Below, in pieces: positions 37,160 to 50,314 of a DNA stretch of 64,000 nucleotides; the stretch's first letter is position 1, and each line of letters starts with the position of its first letter. The notes beneath the pieces were generated by a model. The model was not told where the DNA came from. It did no database searches and saw only the letters and a list, made by a program, of their open reading frames with translations. The translations under genes were made by a program, and so were the position numbers. The stretch is from Callorhinchus milii (Eukaryota). The stretch lies in assembly GCF_018977255.1 (NCBI RefSeq), contig NW_024704742.1, positions 95,110,001-95,174,000 on the forward strand, given 5' to 3'.

Positions 37160-38984
37160 ACCCGCCCTAAAGTGACCCACTGGGCTGGATGCAGCCCGGG
37201 GGCCGCCTGTTGGACCATGCTGCTGTACGTTGTTGCCTAGTTTGTGATATATATAATATATATGCATGCTTGACGAGTATGTAGAGATGTGAGCATCTAC
37301 TACTGAAATTTTCCAATTGGTAGAACTATCACTCATTGTTCAGGGTTTGTATCTGGGATTGGTGCAGGAGAATGGTGGCATTACTCTCAAACATTTCACC
37401 ACACCGCTCTTAAGAAGTTCCTGGTCCCAGGTCAGTGTTTGGAGAAGCCAGCATTTAGCATGGATATGTTTCTAACTTTTGAACAATCATATGTAAAAAG
37501 CTAAAATAATATGTGATTAATGTTCAAGTTAAATATGTGGGAATAAATTTGAGACAATTTCATTTCTTTTCCCAGTCCATTATTCTGGTCATCTGCTAAA
37601 TAAACGAGAATAAACTGTAGCATTATTTTTCATTTTGTATCTGTAGCCTTTTGAGATTAATAAGAAAACAATACTATCACTGTAAGATTAGATGTGCCTC
37701 AGAGGTAAACAAAGATTTAACAATCTCCCTTTATACAGAGAAAATTATCTACTGCAAATAAAACCATGGAAAATATTCACTGAAGAAGATAGTACAGTAG
37801 TGATGGTTGTCAAAATGTGAAATAGATAGTAATATCCATATAGTAATAACTCATATCTAGATAGTAATATTTAGATAGTAATATCTAATATCTTGAGTAA
37901 TAGGTAGTAAAGTACGATTTATATTTGTTCACACAAATTTGACTGGATAATTCATATGTTACAGAACTTCAGTCTTTCGTTCCAAGTTTGCAAATTAACA
38001 GCCGCAAGTGGTCCTGCATAAAGTTTTGGGAATTTGGGAATCCCATTATTGATTTTGAATTTGTCAGAATGCATTGCAGGATAACATGTGACAACACATC
38101 ATGTAACAGATATAAATATGCAAATCTCCTGCTGTTTTCTTTCCTCAGGAAAAAAAAGTAGCACATGTGTCAGACAGGGAACCATAGGAGTCTACAGTCA
38201 TAGGAGTCATAGGACTTCATTAGAACCATAAGAGTCTAAGAATAGCCTATGATATGGCATTTCCCTACAACAACAACTTGCACTTATATAGCGCCCTCCA
38301 AGCAGGTCGCGTCTCAGAGCCCATTTCTCTTATATATCTAATATTGTGACAATATTTTATTTATTGCAACAACAACAAAGAAGTTCCCTCTTTTTGGTTT
38401 ATTCTTTCTCCCATAGAAAAATGTGTTTAGAATTCATTGGTTTGAGATGTTTTAGAGCTCCACCATGTCTGGACTATTTGAGAGTCCAGTAATTTCAGTC
38501 TGTGTGAGACTCAGAACCAGTTGGGGATGTAGCTATGTGCCACAGATGTCTAACCCCATCACCCAACCATGTTGTTGGTCTTTGGGGAAAAGTAAGAATT
38601 TGCCAGGAATTTAATTTGATTTCCAAAAGCAAAGCAGTCCGCAACATCCAATGTCACAAGAATAGACGGCAAAGGGAACCTCAGAGTAAATCAAGATCAA
38701 TTTGGAAAATAATGTGGATGAATTGAGGAAGGGTGAATAAAGTGAACTTATGTCAATAAGTCATTACTCTCTGGGAGTCTCTCCCAATCTCTTCACTTAA
38801 CCCCTTCTCTCCCTTCAATCAAACCCTCTAATAAAAACTCTATTTGATCAACTTCCTGAAATCTTTCTACACTATTCAGTAATCCATATAATTTTGAGAA
38901 GTGCTTTGTAAAGTTACTTACACGCAAAGTACTCTAATGTAATACAAATACAATTTATACTTATATAGTGCCTTTCACATCTAG

Positions 38985-39628
38985 AGGGGGAGAGAGGGAG
39001 GGGTTGGGGTGGAGAGAGAGGTAAGAAAGGGGTAATGAGAGAGAGAGAGAATGAGAGAGGGAGATAGCAGAGAGAGGGGGGGAGAGTGTGAGAGGGGGAG
39101 AGGAGAGGGAGTATGGGGGGAACGGAGTGAATGTGAGGGAGAAGGGGAGAGAAACAGAGACGGGGTGAGATTGAGAGAGGTTGTTTGAGAGAGAGTTTAG
39201 AAGGCTTAGAGAGGGTGTGTGAAGGAGAGGAGGAGACAGGGGAGAGAGGTTGAGAGGTGGAGTGTGAGTGTGAAGATAGAGTGTGAGAAGTGGAGGGAGA
39301 GAGTAATTGAGAGAGAGTGTGTGTGCAAGAGAGTGAGAGAGAGAAGGGGAGTGGAGAGAATGCCCCCCTCCTCCTACTCCTCACTGACCCTCTCTCTCCC
39401 CCTCTTCCCCCTCTCTTTCTCCCAATCAGCCACACGATTCACTAACTACAACAGCAGCAATAAGTTGCTAAGGGTGCAGTTGGTAAGAGACTGACTGCAA
39501 TAAAGACTCTGCGCACTGTGCCCTCCCAACTGTTGGCTCCTGCCGCTGCCCCGGGAGGATGTTCACCAGGGAGGAAGGGAGGCAGTGGATGTTGGAATGG
39601 TGGAAATGGACTCGGACTGAATAAAATC
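38985..39628 (-). mobile_element. Third arm of the GA/CT-rich hAT-like family, terminus missing
   Basis: gctcctgccgctgccccgggaggatgttcaccagggagg...gttggaatggtggaaatgg matches 36706-36777 and the reverse complement of 34538-34610. Confidence 0.75.
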
Positions 39629-41439
39629 TTTTTATGTGACATTGCTGTGTGCAGATTAGCTGCCAGATTTGTCTACAAAATACATAGCCACTGCCCAGTA
39701 CAGCAAACCCTATGAAGTGCTTTGGGCATTTCAACAATGTAAAAACTATTATATCAAATGCAAGGATTATTTTATTTTCAGCATGCACTAAGCATTAGTA
39801 TCACTATTTTAATACGGTAAATGATATTTAAAATACATTTGGAATATATCCAAAAAGAGGCTACACTATAGCTGTGTGCAAGNAAAAAAACTGATTATTA
39901 TGGTGACTTATTTTTTACTAAAGGTCATTTCCTTCTAGAGATAAAGGTACACAAGCCTGCTTTGGTTTTGTACTGACAGGAAACACATTACTGAAACGTG
40001 GATAATAGAAGCCTATGGTAGTGCAATACTGTTTGCATGAATTACATAACTGTCACTAACATTGCTGTTCTGTAATGTTATAGAGGCCAAAGGTCATAAG
40101 TGTTATAAATGATGTTAAACACTGTACAGCTTTAACTCACTAATTTAGAAGTCAGCAAAGATTGCAGTAAAAGACCAATGATATTTTCAGGAGAAATTAC
40201 ACTATCAGGAATGGTAAAGGTAACAAATGAAGAACATAAATTGTAAATTCTGGGAAAAGACAAACCTCCCCAAAGCTATAACTGCTTGCTTCTAAGGATG
40301 CAATCATAAATATTTCTGAAAATAAAACATTTTGTTTGGCGAGGCGTCGCAGGTGGAAGGATTATTTTAGTTTATACCTCAAATGATAATTGAACATATC
40401 ACACATGGGTATCAATCAGCCTGGCCTAAACCCATCACCCTGCTTACAAGAATTCAAGCCAGACTGAGTGACCCTCTTAGGTTGCCACCTACACTTGAAA
40501 TGTCTCTTGGTGTACAATCCAAATACAAAGGCCCGATAAAGATCTGTTTCGCAATTCCTTCATCGGTCTAATGCAGTGTTGTGCAATAGAAATTGCTGTG
40601 GCTACAGCCACAATATTTTAGCCCCATGCCCTAATTTTGGAAGAAAACATCTTACATACACTCACACAATACAGGTAAATCTACTTTGCATGTATGTTTG
40701 CATGCATATTTACTTAACGAACATCTACTTAAACATCTAGCACCATTCAACGCAAAATTTTGCAGTCTTCTCTTTAATTTTTTCTTGCAAGATGTGCCAG
40801 ACCAGCCCCTACTCTCCATCCAGAATGTGTTTGGATGCTGTTGCCCTTTGCCGTGATGGACCCCGTTGGAGCTGCTTGTTTTGGGCTGCTTTTTCTGCTG
40901 ACCAGGAGCCGGTATTCCGATTGGTCAAGCTGTTCACGATTGACAGCTCCCCTCTCCATACAATATTGACCGGTGTTTCCATGGTGCTGAAATCCGGGGT
41001 TTAATATTAATAATAATCCTTGCATTTGACATAGCACCTCACTACACGTTTGCACCTGTGTTACACGCCATTTTCGCAGATAAACAATAAACAGTAACCA
41101 AGAAGGTAAAGCAACAACAACAAATTACATTTATATTGTGTCTTTCACATTACAAGGATGTCCCAAGTACAATAAGGATCCAAAAACATTTGCACACACT
41201 GCTTTTTGTCTTACCATTTTACCAACATGTGTACAAAAAGGTCAAAGTACCCATGCATATGCTGTGCAAATATGAGTATTGGGATTTCATGCCTATCAAT
41301 GGTATCTATTACTCAGTTTTTATTTATTTAATCAAAAATGCAATTTTGCCATATCTGGATTCTCAAATTGCCTAATGTATTGTACAACCCTGGTCTAATA
41401 CATAAAAGCACCACTTTCTGCAAGCTTCAGCCATGCTGA

Positions 41440-41700
41440 TCAAATCCCACATGGTGCTGAGATAGCTGCAGCAGTTAGGGTGCTATAATTAGAATCAACA
41501 CCACTAGATTAGGGAGAGGGAAATCAGACACCTAGGATTGCTATCGAGATATCCTCGCTAGAAAGTGCCTTGTGCGGACATTGTCTGAGAGCAGGATCCG
41601 GTTTGACTGTGATACCCCTCCAGGCAAATAGTCTATCAGTGATCACCAATCAATAGCAAGGCACTGGAGGGTATCAGCTGCTGTGCAATCCCAGGTGAAG
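41440..41700 (+). repeat. Old unclassified interspersed repeat, family Y
   Basis: Patchy similarity to 1575-1720 (+) and 56340-56530 (-): ggggaaatca..., gct.ga.agt..., gtg.ggacat....ga..caggat. Confidence 0.45.
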
Positions 41701-42544
41701 GGGAAGCGGAATCAGAACATCTTTGGGAGGGGAGAAAATTGGAGAGAAAAAAGCGTTGCAACATCTGGGTGCACATCTATTTAAAGGAATGTTGCTTTCA
41801 CTTGAAATATTTACTAAGTAAGAGAAGCAAAATTCACTGCAACTCAGAGTAAACGTTACTATGCATTACAACATGGTGTATGTATCCATACTGTTGCCAG
41901 CTCCTTGGGACGTATCCCCAACATGGAAAGCTCTACACAAATATAATTTGTTGTTGTTGTGTATTAGCCTCATGATACAGAACAGCAAAGCCATTAAGTG
42001 TTAGAGTAAGTTCAGGGTACATATGAGTGACTGCACCATTCTCATATGTATTGTGCAAAGCAAAGATAAAAAAAATATGCAATCTTTGTGAATAAATACT
42101 GCAGAAATATCCATATTGTTGCCAAAACATATTACATTAGCAAAAGCATATGTCCAACATTTTGCAACAAACACTATGCAACATGAAGCTTCATCTGCCA
42201 TCACGTCTTATGAGACCAGGAGCAATTGCAATGATGCAATGGTTCTACAGTACTGTACTTTCATCAAGTATTTAAAACAAATGGCTGCGTTGAAAATAGA
42301 CCATTGGATCCAAATGCCCAGGGTCATAACAGATACAACTTTAAAAACTGTGAAATTGAGCAGTATGAGCATAATTAAAGTTGCAAGCTGATCACTGGAA
42401 AGTATCTTTCGAGTCCAGTTGGGCAACAGAGACAGCTACAGATGTGAAGAACATTGTGAACATAAAGTCTTCCTTTAAACTTTCACAGAATGAAACTATC
42501 TCTCCTCTGTTGATGTGTAGTTTGATTAGCAACACAGAATCTTC

Positions 42545-42845
42545 GCACAGTTCATAGCACTCTAGACTTTGGGGCAAAAGTTGTAGGTTCATACCCCACG
42601 ACAGCTCATTGAGCTCACACTCTAGTTTGATATTCCTATTCATTCGATATAGTAATGCATTGCTAGAGATGCTACCCTTTGGACGAGATGTGAAACTGAG
42701 GTCCCATCTGCATGTTCAGGTGGATGTTAAAGATCCCACAATTGTTCACAATCCTCAATTCGTCTTTCACCTCATGGCTGCTTGACTTTGCTGTGCAAAC
42801 ATTGGTTGCCTGTATTTGTATATAAGCTCACAGTCACTACGGTTG
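42545..42845 (+). mobile_element. Deu-domain SINE, degenerate
   Basis: gttgtaggttcatacccc, ggacgagatgtgaaactgaggtcccatctgcatgttcaggtggatgttaaagatccca. Confidence 0.75.
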
Positions 42846-43719
42846 ACAACAATTAGGAAAACTAAGGCATTTCTCCTGGTATCCTGACCAAAAATTCTCT
42901 AGATGAATTGGTCATTCACTTCAGGACTGTTTATTCATCTCCCTCTCTGGCAGTGTTCAATGTGGTGAATATCATCAATTTTCATGGCCTGTAATATTTC
43001 ACCCACAAAATACGCACAGCCAGATTATTTTACAATACCATGTGAAATACGTTGAAACATCACAACTTTGTAATAAGCACTCTGAGATGCTACCCTGCAT
43101 GAAGGGCACTATGTAAATGCAAATTGTTCTTGTTGATAAGGTGCTACATCAAATGCAAGGATTATTTATTATGTTATAGATATTTTCACATAGACACAGA
43201 CTGATGGAACACCTGTTAAGAAATATGTTTTCTATTCCATATAAAATAAATGTGCCCAAATAGGCATATAATTACAGATACCTAAAAATTTGTGTGATCC
43301 TAAATCAAAATGTCAGCAATGAGTTGAGGATAATAGCCAACACCACAAGTTGTTCATGGGCTAATAAAATCATATAAAAGGTGCTAAAATATCTGCATTA
43401 GCTCATCAGTAGATTCTACAATATTAATATTGTCCAGTAGTGTGAAAAGAAGCCATTATTCCTTGTCAGCCATTACCTTCTACTGTTGTGTTACAATTTA
43501 GAGAGACCTTTCAAATATAACACTCAAAGCATTTCTTGCACATTTATTACAATTTAACTTTATATTAGCATGTTTCCATTTCTGCTAATATCTCAAGTTT
43601 CATTCTATCTACACATTACAGATCAACTGAAATGTTTCTGGTTCTTTAAAAAGAAACTTTATATCAAACCTTGAATACCTTCCCCTATTCTTTGTTTTAA
43701 AATAATAAGAATCCCATTA

Positions 43720-44055
43720 GTAATCCTTATATTTGACATAGCATCACAAGGACGTCTGAAACCCCTTCCCAGGATATTCTGTAAAGTGGAGTGACTAGTA
43801 ACTTGGTGGGTGAACTTCCACACAGCAATATCCCTCAAGCAACCATGAAATGAATGACTAATTGTATTTGGAGATTGTTGGCCAGGACACTGGAAGAAAT
43901 TCCCTTCTCTTTTTGAATAGTATCCTGGGATCTGGAACATCCGCCTGAACAGGCTGATACGATCTCAGTTCAACATCTCATCTGACAATGCAGCACACCC
44001 CATGGTACCACACTGGAGTGTCATCTTAGTTCCAAGTCCTGATGTGGGGCTTGAA
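43720..44055 (-). mobile_element. Deu-domain SINE
   Basis: ggccaggacactgg, gggatct, ctgaacagg, cactggagtgtca, tggggcttgaa. Confidence 0.75.
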
Positions 44056-45469
44056 TAATGATCAACTTTAATAAAATCCCTGCTTCAGAGAGATGATTCT
44101 TAAAATATGAAGTCAAGCAAATAAACTCTGGATTCATGGTATACAGTCTGCTCCAGTTAAATTTTCCACTTGGAATCATTAGTTGGATGACATTAGCATT
44201 GGAAGCAATGTATTTTCCACTGTTATTACCATTAGTGTCTTTTTGAATTTTCCAGTAGCTTCCTAATTCTATTGGTAATACTTTTTGACATGGCTTAATA
44301 TCTTTGATGAAGACTTTAATTAGCAATGTGATGGTCTTCACACATGAATTTTCTCCCTGCTATTTCCAGCAATATTGCCTGACTTTATTAAGAGGAATAT
44401 TCGGCTGATCCTCAAAACATCAGAGCTCTCTAGCTGATCAGACACAATCATATTTCTCAGACTGTTAGTGGAAATGGCAGAGGCAGCAGAACAGAAAGGA
44501 CTGCAGGACAGAAGCTCCTATTCTGATGTATTACTGTGGGAGCAGAAAGAACAACTCTGGTAAGTGGGAATCAGTTTGGAGGGTTTCTGTGGAAATTAAT
44601 TTGGCAAGCATCTGCAAACAGTGAATGGAGAGCTTGGCAAATGCATATGATTTAGTGATAGATTAAAGAAAGAAATGGCTGCACCCTACAATTGAACATT
44701 TGTCTTCCATTTGCTTTTAAGTCATTTGTGTCTTCAGAATTTTTTTTAAAACAAAGTATGTGTTTTAGGGCTGTATTTTGTTTAAAAAACACAATACATG
44801 GCTCTGACTTAATTCTCTCTTTCACTTCTCTCTGCTCCAGAATATCCCAGCCTCTAAGAGAGAGACAGTGCATCTGGTTTCAGTCATCTGAGTGAAGGTT
44901 TCTGCAATATTAGGAATTATGAGGGTTATATAGGACTTACTGTTACTTTTTCATGAATCAGAGTACTTATTCCTGGCACACTGAAGTTCGCTCTTCTCTT
45001 TTGCCACACTCTCATGTATCCATAGAGAATCATTTAAAAGGATTAATAGTTCCTCTTATTGTTTTTATCTTCCTGCATTTCTGACTTGGGTAGCAGCTAC
45101 TCTCTCACGACAGTGTCCTGACTGGTGTTCTTAATGGGGAAGGTAAAAGCAAGGTAAGAGCTTTTGCTGTGGACTGGTTTAATATCACATAGTAAAAAAA
45201 ACACTGCAAGTAGATGTGGATGTGAGAACTGGGCTTTAGTGTGACTACTATGATTTATGATGTCTGTTAATCCTGATGTGTTGAAATTGTATTCACAATG
45301 AATTGTTTTGGTGATGGCACATGTTTTGGCATTGATGTCTGTAAATTAGCGCCTTTTGGGATGTTGGCATATGTTTAGTGTTGGCATGTTTTGTTGTTGG
45401 TGCGTGTCTCCATGTTAGTGAGTGTTAAGGTGTTCTGTGTTTTGATGCTTATTACTGTGTTTTTCCACA

Positions 45470-45865
45470 GTCTGTGTCCTCTCCTATACCAGGCTCCATG
45501 AACCTTCCTTGCTGGGCAACCCAGTGGTTCAAATTCTAGCTCCTTGTCCTCATTTTCAAATCTTTCCTTGGCCTTGCCCAACCTGACCAGTGCAGTGACC
45601 CAACTCACCAGCCACTCCCTCCACTCAACAAGAAAAACAGCCTATTTCATGATCCCCACCTGATCTGCCCCAATCTCTGAAACTCCAGGCTTGAGTCCCT
45701 CTGTCTTGTCTCTTCCACCTTGTCCTCTTTCTTTAAAACCTGTGCTTTCGGCCTGTTTTGCATTTCCCCCTCAACCCCCTATCCCCTGCTTGGGCTCCCA
45801 ATCAGCATTGTGAAGCACTTTGACAAATCCTTCTGACATGAAAGGCACTACACAAATTGTGGTGT
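45470..45865 (+). mobile_element. L2 LINE 3' fragment, degenerate
   Basis: ttcaaattct, ctctgaaactcc, tail ctgacatgaaaggcactacacaaatt. Confidence 0.65.
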
Positions 45866-46240
45866 TGTCATGTGGTTGGTGTTGTCACGTGTCTAGGTGC
45901 TGTCATGTGTGTTGATGTTGTCATGTGCTTTGGTGTAGTCACATGTTTTGGTACCACATATTTTGGTGTTGTCATATGTGTTTGTGTTGTCATTTGTGTT
46001 GGTATTGTCACTTGTGTTTGTGTTGTCACATGTGTTGGCGTTACCACGTGTGTTGGAGTTGTCATGTGTGTTGGTGTTGTCACATATGTTGGTGTCATGT
46101 GAGTTGGTGTTGTCACGTGTGGTGGTGTTGTCATGTGTGTTGGTGTTGTCACATGTGGTGGTGTTATCACGTGCGTTGGTGTTGTCGCGTGCGTTGATGT
46201 TATCGATGCATGTTTTGGCATCACGTATTTTGGTGTTGCG
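45857..46240. repeat. 18-bp minisatellite, ~21 units, consensus GTTGGTGTTGTCACATGT
   Basis: Directly visible tandem units; produces the TTPTHV/CVGVVT periodic ORFs. Confidence 0.95.
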
Positions 46241-46904
46241 CACTGCATCAAATACAAGGATTACTACCTAACAAAATGTGAATTTAACCCAATTCTATCT
46301 GTCTAACATCAAATCAAACATTGGTAAAAGAAAGGTTCAATTTAACAATTTTGAAAATATCCAACTCACTAATCTCCTGGTGTTCCTCAAACCTCAAACT
46401 TCTAAAAATTGAAGTTGAAAAGTTTCACTTATGTTTTCTCACATGTTCTGAGAAACACTGACGTAAAGGGTTGCTACTCTAGTGTATTCAATACATTAAT
46501 TGAAGAGAAGCAAGCAACTATTCTACAGTTGTGTAATAATTAGGGTTTAAGAATTTTTGTTTATAATCCTTTCTTAAATAGATAAATAATATCTGGACTT
46601 TTACAGACAGTTTTAATTATAAAAGCTCAGACGTGAAGAGAGTGTAGCAAGCGACTTTCACCATAATGAATATGTACACATTGCAAGACAATTTGGCAAC
46701 TAAAAGTGTTTTGTCTGTAGAAATCGTCTACTATTTTTTACTTTTATATTAAAACTTTAATAATGCAACGGTCAGACAGATATCCATTTTGTGAATTTTT
46801 GATGTCTGCCTCTCCAGGTGGACAGTAAAGATGCTATGGCACTATTCTGAAAGAGAAGGGAGTTTCTCAGTATCTTGGACAACAATCCATCAAATACAAA
46901 ATAC

Positions 46905-48085
46905 AATAACAACAACAACTTGCACTTATATAGCACCCTCCAAGCAGCAGCATCTCACCTGACTCAGAGCAAGGGGGGGTGGGAAGTTGGGGGAGCGCAC
47001 TGGTGGCCGAAGAGGAAGGTTTTCAGGCGGGAGGAGGCCAGGCGGAAGTATTGAGGGAGATTGTTCCAGAGTTTCGAGGCATAGTGGCTGAAAGCGCGAT
47101 CTCTGATGGTGGGGCAGAGGGTTCAAGGGACAAGCAGGAGCCCGGTGCCAGACAAGCAGAGCCACCGGGTGTTGGATTCAAGAGTGAGGAGGTTGGAGAG
47201 GTAGGGAGGTGCTAGAGAGTGAAGGGATTTGAACACAAGCGTGAGGATCTTGAAGTCGATCCATTCGGTGATGGGGAGCTAGTGGAGCTTGGACAGAACT
47301 GGTGAGATGTGGGTACAAAGTTTGGTCCAGGTCAATATGCAGGCAGCAGAGTTTTGAATGAGCTAGAACTTTTGAATAGTGGAGCTGGAGAGATCGGCGA
47401 GGAGTGTGTTTGAGTAATCCAAGCAAGAGGTGACAAACGTATGCACAAGGGATTCAGCTGCATTTGGGGTAAGGTATGGTTGGAGGCGGGCAATGTGGCG
47501 GAGGTGGAAGAAGGCAGTCCTGGTCAGGGACCGGATGTGGGAGGGGAATGACAGCTGGGGATCGAACCAAACTCCTAGATTACGCACTGGTTTGTTGAGT
47601 CTGAGGGAGAGCCCATGGAGGTTGAGGAGTTCAGATCCGCAGGAGTGAAGACATTGATGGGAGCCAAGGAGTACGGCTTCCATCTTGTCCATATTCAGCT
47701 GCAGGAGGTTTACACTCCTCCAGGCCTTGATGTCTGCCAGACAAGCTGATAGAACATCGGCAGACCTGGAGTTGCTACTGGAGGAAGCAAAGTAGATTTG
47801 TGTGTCATCCACATACATGTGGAAGTTTATCACATGTCTGCAGATGACATCACCAAGAGGAAGCATATAGATAAGGAAGGGAAGAGGGCCAAGGATGGAG
47901 CCCCGGGGTACCCCACAGGAGGTGGTTGGTTAAGTAGGACTCAAACCATGAGAGTGCCATCCCACTAAGATGGATGAGGGAGAAGAGGTGGTGGAGGAGG
48001 ATGGCGTGGTCAACTGTGTCCAACGCGGCAAAGAGATCCAGTAAGACGAGGAGGCAGAGGGAGCCCTGGTTAGAGCTAGAGAGTA
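46905..48085 (-). mobile_element. L2 LINE fragment with RT core to tail, frameshifted
   Basis: LVLLDL.AA.DTVDH.ILL, GVPRGSILGP, HMYVDDTQIY, LQLN.DK.E, VRNLGVWFDPQLSF. Confidence 0.93.
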
Positions 48086-48345
48086 TGTAGTGGATGATTG
48101 TGGAGGAAAGAGTTGGGAAGACAGACAAGCAGGGAGTTGGCATGATGAACGTGTGAATGAGGGTTTCGGTGGCCTGAGGGGTGAGGCAGTGGCGGAGCCG
48201 GGCAACGTTGAGGAGGTGAGGGACGATAGAGTGGGTCATGGTGTAGATGTGGGTTTGAAAGGACAGTTGAGGTTCAAACAAGACGCTAAGATCCTGGACT
48301 GGCTCAGTGGGGTGTAGTGTGAATCCATGGATGGTGATGCTGCCA
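48086..48345 (-). mobile_element. Separate L2 fragment
   Basis: Repeats the FEPQLSF..HI..IARLR..LT..A.E.LIHTF region already present at ~47450-47570. Confidence 0.75.
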
Positions 48346-49189
48346 GTGGTCTTTCACTTTCACTTCATGGGTGTTTGTGACACAATGCTGTGTGATGCTT
48401 CATTCACCTATAAATACATTGTGAGCATACTTTACAGAAAAAAAAGTGTGAGACATTTTAATACTTTAGCAAATGCAGAGATTACTACTGTATTATTATA
48501 GAAGGCAAAAAAAACACAGGAGAAAAAGCAAAAAGCATTAGGAAAACTGCTCAAACTGCAAGAAAAGCACACATGTAGGAATGACATTCTCTTTGTAGAA
48601 TGCTCACAGCATGCTCAGTTTTCAATAGATACTGAAAAAGGATATTTTAAGAACTACAGAAAGCAGACTTCAAAGTTAAAACCAAATTCAACAATTTGCC
48701 AAATTTTGAACACTCTGAAATTCTACATAAATGGAGTAATTCTAAATCCAGGTAGAATTTTGCCCATTAGTCTCTGCTCAGTCTTACCCTAAAGCAATAT
48801 GGCTGAATCAGGAACTTGTTTGCTCACAGCCCAGATCTGTGACGATTCTGTTCTCCTGTATGCAGCCCATGTTAGAGATGGAAGTTTCTCTCAGAGTGCT
48901 GGCCAGCAATCCTCTAGATAAAATTGGTTTACACATCATTTGACCTCTCCGCTTCTCCATCGGCGGCCATGCTTTCAGTCACAATGCCCCAATCCTCTGG
49001 AACTCCCTGCCTCAATCCCTTCGCCTTTTCAGATGACACCTGTAGATACCCTTTTCAGCTCCCTTTCTCTCCAGCTCGAGTGTCTATTCCATTGTTAGGC
49101 GCTCCACAATGCTACCCTGGATGAAGCCGCTATGCAAATAGAAGTTGTTGTTGGTGATGACGATGGTCGTTCATTTCATGGTGGTTTAA

Positions 49190-50143
49190 CTGTACTTCTC
49201 TGCCCCCACCCTTGACGCCAGGACCACTGCTGTCATGACAGAATGTCTATCAGACATCAAGTCCTGGATGAGAGCTAACTTTCTTCAGTTCAACATCAAC
49301 AAGACCGAGGCTCTCCTGATTGGTTCCCGTCAGCGCCTCCTCACCTCAGGCACTGACAGCACCACCATCCATGGTTGCACACTCCACCTTGCTAAGTCAG
49401 TCCAGAACCTTGGGGTCTTGTTTGACCCTCAACTATCCTTTCTACCCTACATCTGCGCTATGACCCGCTCTGCCTTCCCCACCTCTGCAACATCGCCCGG
49501 ATCCGCCACTGTCTCACACCGCAGGCCTCCGAAACCCTCATACATGCTTTGATTACATCGAGGCTTGACTATGCAAACTCCCTGCTTGTCGACCTCCCCA
49601 ACTCCTCTCTCCACAGGCTGCAGATCAACCAGAATTCTGCAGCCCGTGCCCTCTCCTGCACCAGGCTCCCTGATTCTATCACCCCCATCCTTGCCCAACT
49701 CCATTGGCTTCCCATTATAATAGAGGATACAGTTCAAGATTCTGGTCCTCACCTTCAAAGCCCTCCGTGGTCTTGTTCCCTGCTACGTCTGCGACCTCCT
49801 AACCCCCTACCATCCTGTTCGCTGCCTCCGCTCAGCGGGCTCCGGCCTGCCTCATGTCCCCCATCTCGCTCACCCCACTATTGGCGGGTGGGCCTTCCGT
49901 CACTCTGCTCCCACCCTCTGGAACTCCATCCCACAGTCCCTCCGTCTCATCCCCTCCCTTGCCACCTTCAAGACCCATCTCAAGGCCCTCCTCTTTGACC
50001 GTGCTTTTGATCTCCCTGCTTCCCCCCTACCATCCACCCTCCCCCACCCCTACCCCCAGCTCAGGTCCATAGCTCTGTCTGTCCAGTACCTTGGAATGAA
50101 AGGCGCTTTACAAATGTAATTTTTGTTGTTGTTGTTGTTGTTG
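49190..50143 (+). mobile_element. L2 LINE 3' fragment
   Basis: CLSDIKSWMRANFLQFN.NKTEALLIG, SRLDYANSLL, LHWLPI; (GTT)n tail. Confidence 0.93.
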
Positions 50144-50314
50144 TTTGTGGGACATTGCTGTATGCAAATTGACTGCTGTGTTGGCCTACAAAGTCCAAGT
50201 TCCAGCGGTGAAAGTTGTAACTCACTGTGCTATCCAGTTACGATACATAAGCTAAATGTATAGTAAAAATCCTGAATCGCTGCCTGAGTACAACAAAACA
50301 GGGTGAGAATATTT

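Larger units (their letters stand above)
34478..37222. mobile_element. Fold-back element (or two inverted copies) with hAT-like terminal inverted repeats and GA/CT-rich arms
   Basis: cagggtggtccaacaggcggc at 34478 vs gccgcctgttggaccatgctg ending 37222; mirrored internal blocks 34520-34620 vs 36690-36795 and 35010-35100 vs 36090-36145. Confidence 0.7.

Noticed and set aside
39883..39883. Ambiguous base n
   Set aside because: Assembly ambiguity next to an A run, not biology.
45857..46271. Thr-rich mucin-like and Cys/Val-rich ORFs; superficially array-like repeat
   Set aside because: All are translations of an 18-bp minisatellite; there are no unique spacers (not CRISPR) and no gene structure.
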